32,000 bases of DNA from Bacillota bacterium (GCA_029565935.1 JAKQNF010000036.1:5552-37551); one strand, 5' to 3'. Positions 1-9,341 are shown, counted from the stretch's first letter. Numbers and translations are program-made. Notes: generated by a model from the letters alone, not told the origin.

Positions 1-843
1 TTCAAGGATACGGAGTGGCTGAGGAGCTCTTTGGAGCAGAGCAGCTTCGCCCCGCAAATAAACATAAACATAAGCGCGGACGGCTTCATGGCCCAGATCA
101 AGAGCGTGGTCATAACTCCGGTGTTCAAGAACGACTGGTCGAGCGCCTATACCAGCTACAACGTCGGTACTTGGGTGAACGTGCCGGCGCCCGTGACGCC
201 GCCGATAGTGACACCGCCCGTGGTGGTGCCTCCTATAAGCGTCCCCATAGCGGCGAACGGCAGGATCAACGTGACGTCTAGCCCCAGCGGGGCAAGGGTG
301 TTCCTCAACGGGGTGGAGCAGGCTTCGACCCCGGCGAACTTCACCGGGCTGGAATTCGGCGAGTACGAGATAACCGTCATATATCCCGGCTACCGCACCT
401 TCACCAGGACCGTAAGCGTCAACAGCTCGAGCGTGCAATATGTATACGCTGAACTGACGGCGATAAGGAACCAGAACGCCTCGGGCAAATCGATCTTCGC
501 CAAGCAGATAGACCTTTCATGGCCTTCTGTGGGGCCTTTCACCGAGAGCTTCAGCTACGCGGGGTACTACTGGAACGTGACCCTAAGGGCGGATTCGATC
601 CTGGGGATGCTTACCAAGGTCAACGCTACCGCTTCAGTGCAGGGAGGATCGCAAGTGCAGTTCGCCGAGTTCACGCCGTCCGGCGCGAACGCGGCTTACA
701 GGTCAAAGGTCGTAGAGTACCAGTACAGGCCCTTTACGTTCAGGATCACCGTGCTTGACGTGAATAACACGACAGGGTCCCTTACCGGCAGCAGCTACAT
801 CGAATCTATAAAGCTGTACCTGGAAGTCTTCTATACGGGCTAA
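1..843 (+). CDS. C-terminal part of a secreted/cell-surface protein with a PEGA domain (5' partial; ORF open to the left window edge)
   Basis: Frame 1 has no stop from nt 1 to TAA 841-843. The track's start at 31 is a TTG with no SD, so the real start is probably upstream of the window. It contains a Pro-rich linker VTPPIVTPPVVVPP followed by a PEGA-like module (GRINVTSSPSGARVFLNGVEQASTPANFTGLEFGEYEITVIYPGYRTFTRTVSV). I do not recognise the last ~150 aa. Confidence 0.6.
   Translation, partial: FKDTEWLRSSLEQSSFAPQININISADGFMAQIKSVVITPVFKNDWSSAYTSYNVGTWVNVPAPVTPPIVTPPVVVPPISVPIAANGRINVTSSPSGARVFLNGVEQASTPANFTGLEFGEYEITVIYPGYRTFTRTVSVNSSSVQYVYAELTAIRNQNASGKSIFAKQIDLSWPSVGPFTESFSYAGYYWNVTLRADSILGMLTKVNATASVQGGSQVQFAEFTPSGANAAYRSKVVEYQYRPFTFRITVLDVNNTTGSLTGSSYIESIKLYLEVFYTG
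181..249 (+). repeat. Short Pro-rich (V/I)xTPP linker-coding repeat inside the PEGA protein
   Basis: Encodes VPAPVTPPIVTPPVVVPPISVPI. The same peptide style recurs at 6523-6621 in the giant protein. Confidence 0.6.
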
Positions 844-869
844 GACCTGACGCGATACTGATGACGCAA

Positions 870-900
870 GCGCCGGAAGGGTAGGTCCCCCGGCGCTTTT
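870..900 (+). terminator. Rho-independent terminator candidate after the PEGA-protein gene
   Basis: Perfect 7-bp stem GCGCCGG (870-876) / CCGGCGC (890-896) with a 13-nt loop, followed directly by TTTT (897-900). Confidence 0.6.
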
Positions 901-975
901 ACTTGCCCTTTTGAGGTTCGAACATCATAATTATATATGACGATTATTTAAAGCATTCAAGCAGGGGGTGCACCG

Positions 976-2271
976 ATGGCCGCATTGGCTTTGATAGGCA
1001 AGATAGGAGAGCATGACGGCAAGGAAGTAGAACTGAGAGGATGGCTGTACAACAAGAGGTCCAGCGGCAGGATACATTTCCTGGAGCTTCGGGACGGAAC
1101 GGGTTTCATACAGTGCGTCGTGGTGAAAGGCGAGGTCCCTGACGAGGATTTCGAGGCGGCTGGCAAGCTGACCCAGGAATCTTCGCTGAGGCTGACAGGC
1201 ATTGTAAGGGCAGACGCAAGGGCGAAGGGCGGATATGAGATAACAGTGAAGTCGGTGATGCCCTTCCAGGTCGCCCAGGATTACCCCATAACGCCCAAGG
1301 AGCACGGCATAGATTTCCTGATGGACAACAGGCACCTTTGGATAAGGCATAAGAGGCAGCACGCGCTGCTATCGATAAGGCACGAAGTGATCGCCGCAGC
1401 CCAGCAGTATCTCAACGACAACGGCTTCCTAAGGGTGGACGCCCCGATATTGACGCCTGCGGCATGCGAAGGTACCACAACGCTCTTCGAGACCGAGTAC
1501 TTCGAGGAGAAGGCGTATCTAAGCCAATCTGGCCAGCTGTACAATGAGGCGGACGCGATGGCGTTCGGAAAGGTATATTGCTTCGGCCCTACCTTCAGGG
1601 CCGAGAAATCCAAGACGAGGAGGCACCTGATCGAATTCTGGATGCTAGAGCCTGAGATGGCCTGGTGCGACCAGGAGGAGAACCAGAGGGTGCAGGAGGA
1701 GCTGGTCTCCTACATAGTGGCGAAGGTGCTCGAAAAAAGAAGAGCCGAACTTGCGGTCATCGAAAGGGACGTAACGAAGCTGGAGGACATCAAACCCCCG
1801 TTCCCGCGCCTAAGCTACGACGATGCCATAGATATCCTCAAAGGAGCCGGCAGGGACATATCCTGGGGAGACGACTTCGGCGCCCCCGACGAGACCCTTA
1901 TTTCCGAGAGGTTCACAAGGCCTGTGTTCGTCACCAACTACCCGACGTCAATGAAGGCATTCTACATGCAGCCCGAGCCAGGCAGGCCAGAGGTGGTAAA
2001 ATGTGCCGACATGCTGGCGCCTGAGGGCTATGGCGAGATAATCGGCGGAAGCGAGAGGATATGGGATCCGGCGCTCATGGAGGAGCGCATGAGGCAGCAC
2101 AACCTCAGCGAAGAGGCGTATGGATGGTACATGCAGCTAAGGAAGTTCGGTACCGTACCGCATTCTGGCTTCGGCATCGGAATCGAAAGGACTGTGGCAT
2201 GGATTACAGGATCTGAGCACATCAGGGAGATGATCCCATTCCCGAGGCTACTATACAGATTGCGTCCATAA
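976..2271 (+). CDS. asnS: Asparaginyl-tRNA synthetase (class IIb aaRS)
   Basis: 431 aa. N-terminal OB-fold ([32 protein letters not shown]). Class II motifs [24 protein letters not shown] and GSERI...[17 protein letters not shown]...[16 protein letters not shown] upstream of ATG 976. Confidence 0.93.
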   Translation: MAALALIGKIGEHDGKEVELRGWLYNKRSSGRIHFLELRDGTGFIQCVVVKGEVPDEDFEAAGKLTQESSLRLTGIVRADARAKGGYEITVKSVMPFQVAQDYPITPKEHGIDFLMDNRHLWIRHKRQHALLSIRHEVIAAAQQYLNDNGFLRVDAPILTPAACEGTTTLFETEYFEEKAYLSQSGQLYNEADAMAFGKVYCFGPTFRAEKSKTRRHLIEFWMLEPEMAWCDQEENQRVQEELVSYIVAKVLEKRRAELAVIERDVTKLEDIKPPFPRLSYDDAIDILKGAGRDISWGDDFGAPDETLISERFTRPVFVTNYPTSMKAFYMQPEPGRPEVVKCADMLAPEGYGEIIGGSERIWDPALMEERMRQHNLSEEAYGWYMQLRKFGTVPHSGFGIGIERTVAWITGSEHIREMIPFPRLLYRLRP

Positions 2272-2361
2272 TGCTACGACGCCCACGGCGGGAACCAAAA
2301 GCCCCTGTGGGCGTCAAATGACTTGATGGAGGAAAAAGCTGACCTACAAGGAGGGTTTGAA

Positions 2362-5300
2362 ATGCTAAGGAAGAAGACCGGCGCGCTATTTGCGGCATCT
2401 TTGCTCCTTGTACTCTTGATAGTCGCAGTCCAAGCGGGCGCCCAGGTGACCACGTACATCCAGAACGGCGAGAAGTACCTTGCCGATGGAAGCTGGGCCA
2501 TGGCGATCAACGAGTTCAAGTATGCGCTCAACTATGAGCCACAGAACACGAATGCCTGGTACGGACTGGGCAGAGCTTATGAAGGACTCTCGGGCGCCAA
2601 GGGTGCGTTCGATATCAATGCGGAGGCGCTCACCGGCGGGACTGATGCCATAGCCTTCAAACCGGACAAAGACGCCTCTGCGAACCTCGAAGAGGCGATA
2701 AGGGCGTTCTCCAACGCGGCTTCCTACTATCCTGTGAATCTTTCCGCCATTGCGGCCCTTGGCAGGGCGCAATACATGGCGGGGCGCACACAGGAAGCCT
2801 TCTACACGCTAGAAAGGGGTACCGTCCCATACTCGCTAAACAACGAGGCGCTGGCTAACATGCTTTACATAAGCATGATGGCAGGCGATGCGCAAAGGTT
2901 CGGCACCTATTCGCAGATAGCAAGGAACAGCACCGCCGCCATGTCCGACCAGGGTGTCATCCACGCCCTGGCTGCCGCCGAGGTCGCCGCGGGCAATTAT
3001 AAAGCGGCGGAGACACTGCTCACACCGCTGATGTACAGGTACGACCTAGGATATCTGCCCCTTAAGGCGATGGGAGACATCCTGTTCGCACAGGGCAGGC
3101 CGATGGAGGCGCTCAGCTTCTACAAGTACGCCGCCAACGCGAATCCCAAGGCGACGGGTGCCCTTACGATGACGGGCGACATCCTGTCACTTACCGGGGA
3201 TCCCACGGGAGCCTCGGCTGCGTACAGGGCGGCCCTGCTGGCCAATCCAGCATCCTACTGGGCCAAGATGGGCCTTGCCAGGAGCCTTATGGAGCTCAAC
3301 GACAACACCGGGGCCCTCAACGTGGTGAAGGAACTGCTCAGCAAGGGCGGATCTGATAACCAGGATACGGCGTACACCTTGGAGGCGGTCCTAGAAAGGG
3401 CGCTCGGGCAGCTGCAGCAGGCCGAGATCTCGCTGAAGACGGCCTTGGCGCTTAACCCGTCGAACCAGGTGGCCGCTTATTACCTGAGCCTGGTACAGTC
3501 CGAGATGCGCGCAAGGGGCCTGGCAAGCCTGACGTTCCCGGGCATGACTCTGCCGGCCTTTGAAGGCTTCGTGATAAACGGCGGGGCTTCGATCGCAAAC
3601 AACCGCAAGGTGACCCTGAGCGTGAATACGACGGCCAGCTACGTGTCATTCAAGAACGAGAACGCGGATTACGGGACATGGAGCTACAAGTTCGGCACTT
3701 CGGCGAGCTATGACTGGCTGCTCTCCGAAGGGGACGGGAAGAAATCCGTCCGCATGCGCACCAGGGAGGGCCTGTTCTCCATGGCGCAGGAAGGACCTGT
3801 AGAGGAGATCCTGCTCGACACCACGCCACCCACGGTCATCTCTCGCGAAGCTTCATACTTGTCAGGGAACACCTTCATGATGAGAGTGGTCGCAGAAGAG
3901 GCGATGACCGGGATAGGCACGTTCTGGATGTCCGCCGACGGGACCCTCTGGAAACCGTACAGGTGGATGGGCGGGACGTTCCCGTTCGCATTCGTCGTAG
4001 GGGCAAGCAAGGTAGTCACGGTGGCGATAGTCGACGGGGCGGGCAACTTTGCATCGTTCCAGACCGACATAAGCCAGTACATACCGGGTCCTGTCATAAC
4101 CGACGTGTCGGCGCAGGAGACCGGGACCGGCAAGGTGACGGTAAGATGGACGACCGACAGGCTGTCCAGCAGCTACGTAGAGTACAAGCTGGGCCAGTCG
4201 GCGAACGTGGTGGGCAACGAATCTCTGGTCAAGTCCCACGTAGTGGATGTAACGGGGCTCATCCCCGGCCAGGCATACCAGTTCAAGCCAATATCGGTAG
4301 ATTCCTACGGGATCAAGACGGAAGGGCAGCCCGTTACGCTTACGCTGAGCGCGCCGGTTAAACCGCCGACCATAAGCGGTATAAGCGTCTTGGGCGTTAC
4401 CGCGAACACCGCTACCATAAGCTGGAATACGGACGTGCCCTCATACGGGTATGTCATGTACTCCGTCTCGGGCCAGCAGATATCTTCCCAGCAGGTGGGC
4501 CCGTCCACCCAAAACCAGGTGACGCTCACCGGGCTCATGCAGATATCCACCTACCAGTTCCAGGTAATAGCCTGGGACCAGCAAGGTAGGCAGGCATACT
4601 CCGACATGAGGAGCTTTACGACCTCCTCGTCGGACAGGAAGTCCCCGACGATATCCAATCTCAGGATAAACGGGGGCGCGGCTTCGACCAACAACAGGAC
4701 GGTCGGGCTGGAGCTATACGCGACGGACGATTCCGGTTATGTCACAGAGATGAGCTTCAAGGACGACTACTCCAACTGGAGCGCCTGGATGCCTTACAAT
4801 ACGTACTCCAGCTTCGTTCTTAGCGACAGGGAAGGCCAGCGCACCGTCTATGCGAGGGTGAAAGACGCCGCCGGCAACATCTCGACCGAAGTCACAGCGA
4901 GGATAGAGCTGGACAGGACGGCGCCCAGGATCAGCTGGGTAGGCGCACAGGCCGGCCTCGATAATGCGGAGATCACCTGGGACACCGACGAAAGCTCCGA
5001 TTCTTGGGCGTTCTTCGGCACGTCCTCAAGCTCGCTGTCATATAGCCAAGGGCAGGGCGACTCGGTGAGGTCCCATAGGGTGTTCCTTACCGGGCTACGT
5101 CCGGACACGACCTACTTCTACAAGGTGATGTCCCGTGATGCGGCCGGCAACGCTTCCGAAAGCTCCATCGCCTCCTTCAGGACCCAGCCTGCGATGCCGG
5201 CGGACACCAAAGCCCCCACCGGATCCGTGACGATCAACGACGGCACCACATACACCAGGTCGAGGTACATCTACCTCAACCTGTACGCGACGGATGACAG

Positions 5301-7071
5301 GTCCTCGCAGGGCGAGATACAGTTCAGGGTCGGCGAGGGAGCCAGCAGCTACAGCATAACCTGGGGCGCTTGGCAGGCGTTCGCGCCAAGGGTGCAGTAC
5401 ACCCTCGGCTACGGCGACGGCCAGAGGAACGTGTGGGTGATGTACAGGGATGCCGCCGGCAACGTATCGCAAATCTACGGCGCGTCGGTCATACTCGACA
5501 CGAAAGCTCCGATAATAACGAACCTCGGAGTATCAAACGTAACGACAACCAGCGCTGTGATCAACTTCACTACCAACGAGCCGTCGTTTGGCAGCGTAGA
5601 GTACGGAATCGCGACATATTCGCTTAGCCTGGCATCGGGCGAGAGCGGAGTCAAGTCTTCCTCCGTGAGCACGGCCGAACCCAGCTCGGTAATCATAACC
5701 CCGAACCCGCTGCCGACGAGGCCCGGCATGACGAACTTCAGCATCAACATCACAGGGCTCAAGGCGGGGACGACCTACTACTTCAGGGCTGTGGCCATGG
5801 ACATAGCGGGCAATACGTCGGCCACCCAGGTAGGCAGCTTCAACACGCTGGAGCCTGTGCCGGTCGACACCAAGGCCCCGACCGGATCTGTCACGATAAA
5901 CGACAATACAAGGTACACCAGGTCCAGGTACGTATACCTGAACTTGTACGCATCCGATGACAAGTCGCCTCAGTCGGCCATACAGTACCGCGTAGGCGAG
6001 GGCATAAGCGCATACAGCATAAGCTGGGGCGGCTGGACGCAGTTCGCCAGCAAGGTGGCGTACACCCTAGGCTATGGCGACGGCCAGAGGAACATCTGGG
6101 TCATGTACAGGGACGCGGCGGGCAACGTTTCGCAGGCGTACGGAGCGTCGATAGTTCTCGACAGCAAGGCGCCTATAATAACCAACCTGGCCGCAAGCAA
6201 CATAACGACCAGCTCAGCGACTATAACCTGGAACACCAACGAGGCTTCGTTCGGCAGCGTCGAGTTCGGCACCTCCTCTTCGTCCCTAAGCTCAGCGACC
6301 GGCGAGACGGGCGTGAGGTCGTCTTCGATCAGCACGGCTGAGCCCAGCTCGGTGGTGATCACCCCCAACCCGACCGGCGGAAGGGGCGGGAACACCAGCT
6401 TCAGCCTGAACATAACAGGGTTAAGGGCCGATACTACCTACTACTTCAGGGCAGTGGCGATGGACCTCGCCGGCAACATAGCCGCCTCCCAGACGTCGAG
6501 CTTCCGTACGGCGTCGGCGGTCGTGGCGCCTCCCGTGGTGACACCACCTATTGTGACACCCCCTGTGGTAACGCCTCCTGTGACGCCTCCGGTCGTGACA
6601 CCTCCTACGACTACGCCCACACAGCCGACAGGAGTCAACCTCGCGGGCAAGTCACAGGGCACGAAAGCAAGCACCAACGGCTGGTCCAAGGCAAATGTGG
6701 CGGCTTTAGCGATCGACGAGAACATGTCGTCCTTCTGGATGTCGAAGGATACCGCTACTTCCTCGACACCTCAATGGATAGAGGTCACGTTCGGCAAGAC
6801 CGTCGCGTTCAACACCGTGGTCATGAAAGTATCCTCGAAAGGAGCGCCCAAGGACCTCAAGGTGTTCGCCATGGTCAACAACAAGTGGACCGAAGTCTAC
6901 AATTACAAGACCAACAGGGAAGGTACCGGAAATCCCGCATCGTCGACAGTAGAGACGATAACGATGAGCTTCAGCAGGGTGCAGGCAACAGCGGTGCGCC
7001 TCTACTACTACGACATGGTCTACAAAGACGAGCCTACGGTCTTGTACGAGGTGGAAGTCTATAACAGGTAA
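2362..7071 (+). CDS. Giant membrane-anchored/secreted surface protein: N-terminal signal-anchor, TPR region, four ~95-aa 'INxG...DxxAP' modules alternating with FN3-like domains, Pro-rich linker, C-terminal F5/8 type C (discoidin/CBM32-like) domain
   Basis: The ORF is open from 2323, but AAGGAGGG (2348-2355) sits 6 nt before ATG 2362 (MLRKKTGALFAASLLLVLLIVAVQAGAQ). TPR-like WYGLGRAYEGL / ALSFYKYAANANP / AYRAALLANP. FN3-like segments (VTVRWTTDRLSSSYVEYK..., ATISWNTDVPSYGYVMY..., AEITWDTDESSDSWAFFG...YFYKVMSRDAAGN). Discoidin-like tail (AIDENMSSFWMS...PQWIEVTFGK...VRLYYYD...VLYEVEVYN). Confidence 0.8.
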   Translation: MLRKKTGALFAASLLLVLLIVAVQAGAQVTTYIQNGEKYLADGSWAMAINEFKYALNYEPQNTNAWYGLGRAYEGLSGAKGAFDINAEALTGGTDAIAFKPDKDASANLEEAIRAFSNAASYYPVNLSAIAALGRAQYMAGRTQEAFYTLERGTVPYSLNNEALANMLYISMMAGDAQRFGTYSQIARNSTAAMSDQGVIHALAAAEVAAGNYKAAETLLTPLMYRYDLGYLPLKAMGDILFAQGRPMEALSFYKYAANANPKATGALTMTGDILSLTGDPTGASAAYRAALLANPASYWAKMGLARSLMELNDNTGALNVVKELLSKGGSDNQDTAYTLEAVLERALGQLQQAEISLKTALALNPSNQVAAYYLSLVQSEMRARGLASLTFPGMTLPAFEGFVINGGASIANNRKVTLSVNTTASYVSFKNENADYGTWSYKFGTSASYDWLLSEGDGKKSVRMRTREGLFSMAQEGPVEEILLDTTPPTVISREASYLSGNTFMMRVVAEEAMTGIGTFWMSADGTLWKPYRWMGGTFPFAFVVGASKVVTVAIVDGAGNFASFQTDISQYIPGPVITDVSAQETGTGKVTVRWTTDRLSSSYVEYKLGQSANVVGNESLVKSHVVDVTGLIPGQAYQFKPISVDSYGIKTEGQPVTLTLSAPVKPPTISGISVLGVTANTATISWNTDVPSYGYVMYSVSGQQISSQQVGPSTQNQVTLTGLMQISTYQFQVIAWDQQGRQAYSDMRSFTTSSSDRKSPTISNLRINGGAASTNNRTVGLELYATDDSGYVTEMSFKDDYSNWSAWMPYNTYSSFVLSDREGQRTVYARVKDAAGNISTEVTARIELDRTAPRISWVGAQAGLDNAEITWDTDESSDSWAFFGTSSSSLSYSQGQGDSVRSHRVFLTGLRPDTTYFYKVMSRDAAGNASESSIASFRTQPAMPADTKAPTGSVTINDGTTYTRSRYIYLNLYATDDRSSQGEIQFRVGEGASSYSITWGAWQAFAPRVQYTLGYGDGQRNVWVMYRDAAGNVSQIYGASVILDTKAPIITNLGVSNVTTTSAVINFTTNEPSFGSVEYGIATYSLSLASGESGVKSSSVSTAEPSSVIITPNPLPTRPGMTNFSINITGLKAGTTYYFRAVAMDIAGNTSATQVGSFNTLEPVPVDTKAPTGSVTINDNTRYTRSRYVYLNLYASDDKSPQSAIQYRVGEGISAYSISWGGWTQFASKVAYTLGYGDGQRNIWVMYRDAAGNVSQAYGASIVLDSKAPIITNLAASNITTSSATITWNTNEASFGSVEFGTSSSSLSSATGETGVRSSSISTAEPSSVVITPNPTGGRGGNTSFSLNITGLRADTTYYFRAVAMDLAGNIAASQTSSFRTASAVVAPPVVTPPIVTPPVVTPPVTPPVVTPPTTTPTQPTGVNLAGKSQGTKASTNGWSKANVAALAIDENMSSFWMSKDTATSSTPQWIEVTFGKTVAFNTVVMKVSSKGAPKDLKVFAMVNNKWTEVYNYKTNREGTGNPASSTVETITMSFSRVQATAVRLYYYDMVYKDEPTVLYEVEVYNR
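5203..6528 (+). repeat. Tandem in-frame duplication of a 663-bp (221-aa) unit inside the giant protein gene
   Basis: Unit 1 starts at 5203 (DTKAPTGSVTINDGTTYTRSRYIYLNLYATDD...) and unit 2 at 5866 (DTKAPTGSVTINDNTRYTRSRYVYLNLYASDD...). The two copies are collinear to ...YYFRAVAMD(I/L)AGN.... The DNA copies are clearly related but diverged, mostly by synonymous and conservative changes. Confidence 0.9.
6523..6621 (+). repeat. Pro-rich pentapeptide (VVTPP/IVTPP) linker repeat
   Basis: Encodes VAPPVVTPPIVTPPVVTPPVTPPVVTPPTTTPT, roughly six imperfect 15-nt units, between the last FN3-like domain and the discoidin domain. Confidence 0.85.
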
Positions 7072-7092
7072 TCAGTGACATGATCGAGAACC

Positions 7093-7130
7093 GGCGCCGC
7101 GGACTGTGCCATCGCGCCATCCGCGGCGCC
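7093..7130 (+). terminator. Strong GC hairpin after the giant gene (possible terminator, weak U-tract)
   Basis: Perfect 11-bp inverted repeat GGCGCCGCGGA (7093-7103) / TCCGCGGCGCC (7120-7130). Only TT follows, so intrinsic-terminator status is uncertain. Confidence 0.35.
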
Positions 7131-7149
7131 TTCCATCGGAGGGGAGACA

Positions 7150-8319
7150 TTGGGGACCATCAAGCTCTACAAGGGCAAGGACAGGAGAATCAGGGCGGGG
7201 CACCTGTGGATATTCGAAGGTGAGATAGACGAGGTCCGCGAAGCCGCGCCGGGGGACATCGTCGACGTGGTGAACCACCAGGGCAGCTTCCTGGGGAAGG
7301 CCATGGTGAGCGGCTCTGAGACGCTCAAGGCGCGCATCATGGCAAGGAAGGACGTGCCGATAGACGAAGCCTTCTTCGCTAGGGCCCTTGAAGGCTGCCT
7401 GGAATATAGGAGGAGGGTCGCTCCCGACGCCACATGCTACAGGCTGGTCAACAGCGAGGGGGACCTGCTGCCGGGCCTAACCGTGGACGTATACGAAGAC
7501 GTGTTCGTACTGCAAGCGACGACCTACGGCATGGACATAAGGAAGCGCATGCTAGCAGAGCTGGTGGCGAAGCTTTTGGGGACCGGCAAGGCCTATGAGC
7601 GGGACGACATGCCGGTAAGGCGGTATGAGAAGCTAGAGCCGGTCAAGGGTTTCTTGATGGGCGAGTTCGACACGCGAATCAGGATCAGGGAGAACGGAGC
7701 CGTCATGGACATAGACGTCTCCGAGGGGCAGAAGACTGGATATTACCTCGACCAGAGGGAGAACAGGTCGGCGGCGGCAGGGCTTTCGGCAGGGCTGCAC
7801 GTGCTGGATGCATTCTGCTACAACGGCAGCTTCGGAGTGCAGGCCGGCATCAAAGGCGCGGCCAGCGTCCATTTCATGGACTTGAGCGAGCCAGCCATCG
7901 AGAAGGCGAGGGAGAACGCAAGGCTCAACGGCATCGAGGGTATCAGCAGGTTCGAAACCGTGAACGCGTTCGACGAGCTGAACAAGCTTGCCAAGGAAGG
8001 GGCCCGGTATGACATGGTGATGCTGGACCCTCCTCCTTTTACGAGGAACAAGGAGGCCGTCGAGGGTGCGATAAGAGGCTACAAGGAGATAAACCTAAGG
8101 GGCATCAAGCTCACGAGGCCCGGCGGATACCTGGTTACTTCGAGCTGCTCCCAGCACATAGGGATGGAGCTGTTCAAGGAGATCATCCTGACGGCAGCGG
8201 CGGATGCAGGCAAGTATCTGCAGCTCGTGGAGGCGAGGTCGCAGGCGAAGGACCATACGAGGCTCCTTTCGATGCCGGAGACCGAATACCTGAAGTTTCT
8301 GATATTCAGGGTGGCATGA
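7150..8319 (+). CDS. rlmI: PUA-domain class I SAM-dependent rRNA (cytosine-C5) methyltransferase, RlmI/YwbD family
   Basis: 389 aa, collinear by eye with E. coli RlmI: N-terminal KGKDRRIRAGHLWIFEGEI, central QKTGYYLDQRENR, SAM-fold VLDAFCYNGSFGV, MLDPPPF, TSSCS. TTG start 7150 preceded by GGAGGGGAG (7138-7146). Confidence 0.85.
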   Translation: MGTIKLYKGKDRRIRAGHLWIFEGEIDEVREAAPGDIVDVVNHQGSFLGKAMVSGSETLKARIMARKDVPIDEAFFARALEGCLEYRRRVAPDATCYRLVNSEGDLLPGLTVDVYEDVFVLQATTYGMDIRKRMLAELVAKLLGTGKAYERDDMPVRRYEKLEPVKGFLMGEFDTRIRIRENGAVMDIDVSEGQKTGYYLDQRENRSAAAGLSAGLHVLDAFCYNGSFGVQAGIKGAASVHFMDLSEPAIEKARENARLNGIEGISRFETVNAFDELNKLAKEGARYDMVMLDPPPFTRNKEAVEGAIRGYKEINLRGIKLTRPGGYLVTSSCSQHIGMELFKEIILTAAADAGKYLQLVEARSQAKDHTRLLSMPETEYLKFLIFRVA

Positions 8320-8354
8320 GCCGAGGAACGGCCTTCCATTCCCGAACTTATATA

Positions 8355-8363
8355 TGTTATAAT
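8355..8363 (+). promoter_or_regulatory. Extended -10 promoter candidate (TGtTATAAT) upstream of rpmE
   Basis: TGTTATAAT at 8355-8363 matches the TGnTATAAT extended -10 consensus and lies in an AT-rich gap ~55 nt upstream of the rpmE start. There is no good -35. Confidence 0.4.
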
Positions 8364-8417
8364 TCACGATGTTTTATGTTCAGGAGATAGTTCCTTCTCT
8401 TAGTGGAGGTGTACGGA

Positions 8418-8615
8418 ATGAAGGAAAAGATACATCCTAAATACTCGGTCACGAAGGTGACGTGCGCTTGCGGCGAAACTTTCGAGGTGGGATCGACAGC
8501 TGAGAACCTCAGGGTCGAAATCTGCTCCAAGTGCCATCCCTTCACCACTGGCGTACAGAGGATAGTGGACACCGGTGGCAGGATAGAGAAATTCCGCAAA
8601 AAGCACAACCTGTAG
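8418..8615 (+). CDS. rpmE: 50S ribosomal protein L31 (Zn-ribbon, Cys-containing form)
   Basis: [45 protein letters not shown]...[14 protein letters not shown] (8405-8409) precedes ATG 8418. The track's GTG 8403 start would overlap the SD. Confidence 0.93.
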   Translation: MKEKIHPKYSVTKVTCACGETFEVGSTAENLRVEICSKCHPFTTGVQRIVDTGGRIEKFRKKHNL

Positions 8616-8666
8616 CACCACGGGCGGGCGCCTTGTCCAAGACATGTCCCGCCTAAAGACCAATAC

Positions 8667-8707
8667 GTCGGAGCCTTACTATATGCTAAGGCTCCGACAT
8701 TATTTTA
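8667..8707 (+). terminator. Rho-independent terminator after rpmE
   Basis: Perfect 12-bp stem GTCGGAGCCTTA (8667-8678) / TAAGGCTCCGAC (8687-8698) with an 8-nt loop, followed by ATTATTTTA. Confidence 0.8.
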
Positions 8708-8744
8708 TAATGAATAGGATAAAGTCTTCCTGGAGGTAACCTCA

Positions 8745-9341
8745 ATGGATCTTAGGGTCGGCCATCCCGGCGGTTGGTTGGAGGTCATCTGCGGTTCGAT
8801 GTTCTCTGGCAAGAGCGAGGAGCTCATAAGGCGGGTAAAGAGGGCAAGGATCGCAAAGCAGCGCGTAATAGTCCTCAAACACGCAATAGACGACAGGTTC
8901 TCCATGAGCCAGGTCGTATCGCATGATGGCGACAAACTTGAGGGCATCCCGGTGACCAATTCCTCAGAGCTCATTTCTAAGATCCCCCTGGGTACGCAGG
9001 TCGTGGCCATAGACGAAGCCCAGTTCTTCGACTCCGGCCTGGTGGAAGTGTGCGACACATTGGCCCGAAGCGGCGTTAGGGTAATTGTGGCGGGGCTCGA
9101 CACGAATTTCAGGGGCGAGCCGTTCGGTCCGATACCGATGCTTCTCGCCTTGGCCGAGGACGTCACTAAACTCAACGCGATATGCATGAAGTGCGGCGCG
9201 CCGGCCTCTAGGACGCAGAGGCTTGTAAACGGCAAGCCCGCGAAGTTCGACGACCCTGTCGTTATGATAGGGGCGAGCGAATCCTACGAGGCAAGGTGCC
9301 GCAAGTGCCACGAAGTGCCCGGAAAGCCACAATCCGATTGA
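8745..9341 (+). CDS. tdk: Thymidine kinase
   Basis: P-loop [22 protein letters not shown], Zn-finger-like C..C...CRKCH tail. GGAGG 8 nt upstream of ATG 8745. Confidence 0.92.
   Translation: MDLRVGHPGGWLEVICGSMFSGKSEELIRRVKRARIAKQRVIVLKHAIDDRFSMSQVVSHDGDKLEGIPVTNSSELISKIPLGTQVVAIDEAQFFDSGLVEVCDTLARSGVRVIVAGLDTNFRGEPFGPIPMLLALAEDVTKLNAICMKCGAPASRTQRLVNGKPAKFDDPVVMIGASESYEARCRKCHEVPGKPQSD

Noticed and set aside
911-939. Possible asnS promoter (TTGAGG ... TATATG) or T-box leader
   Set aside because: The -10 match is poor or the spacing is off (15 or 17 nt depending on the hexamer chosen). The ~75-nt leader is too short for a T-box riboswitch.
2279-2314. 8-bp inverted repeat ACGCCCAC / GTGGGCGT after asnS
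   Set aside because: It has a 20-nt loop and no following U-tract. The next gene's SD is only ~35 nt downstream. This is too weak to call a terminator.
2323-2361. Upstream extensions of track ORFs (2323 for the giant gene, 8403 for rpmE, 9296 for DUF1385, 12171 for sua5, 20054 for bamA, 31 for the first ORF)
   Set aside because: In each case a downstream in-frame start has a proper GGAGG-type SD at 5-9 nt and gives the canonical N-terminus or signal peptide. The longer version overlaps the previous gene or adds non-homologous residues. For the first ORF, the frame is simply open to the window edge.
6523-6621. Short periodic repeats considered as a possible CRISPR or minisatellite
   Set aside because: The 15-nt units are in frame within a CDS and encode a VVTPP proline linker. 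There is no spacer/repeat architecture and there are no cas genes.
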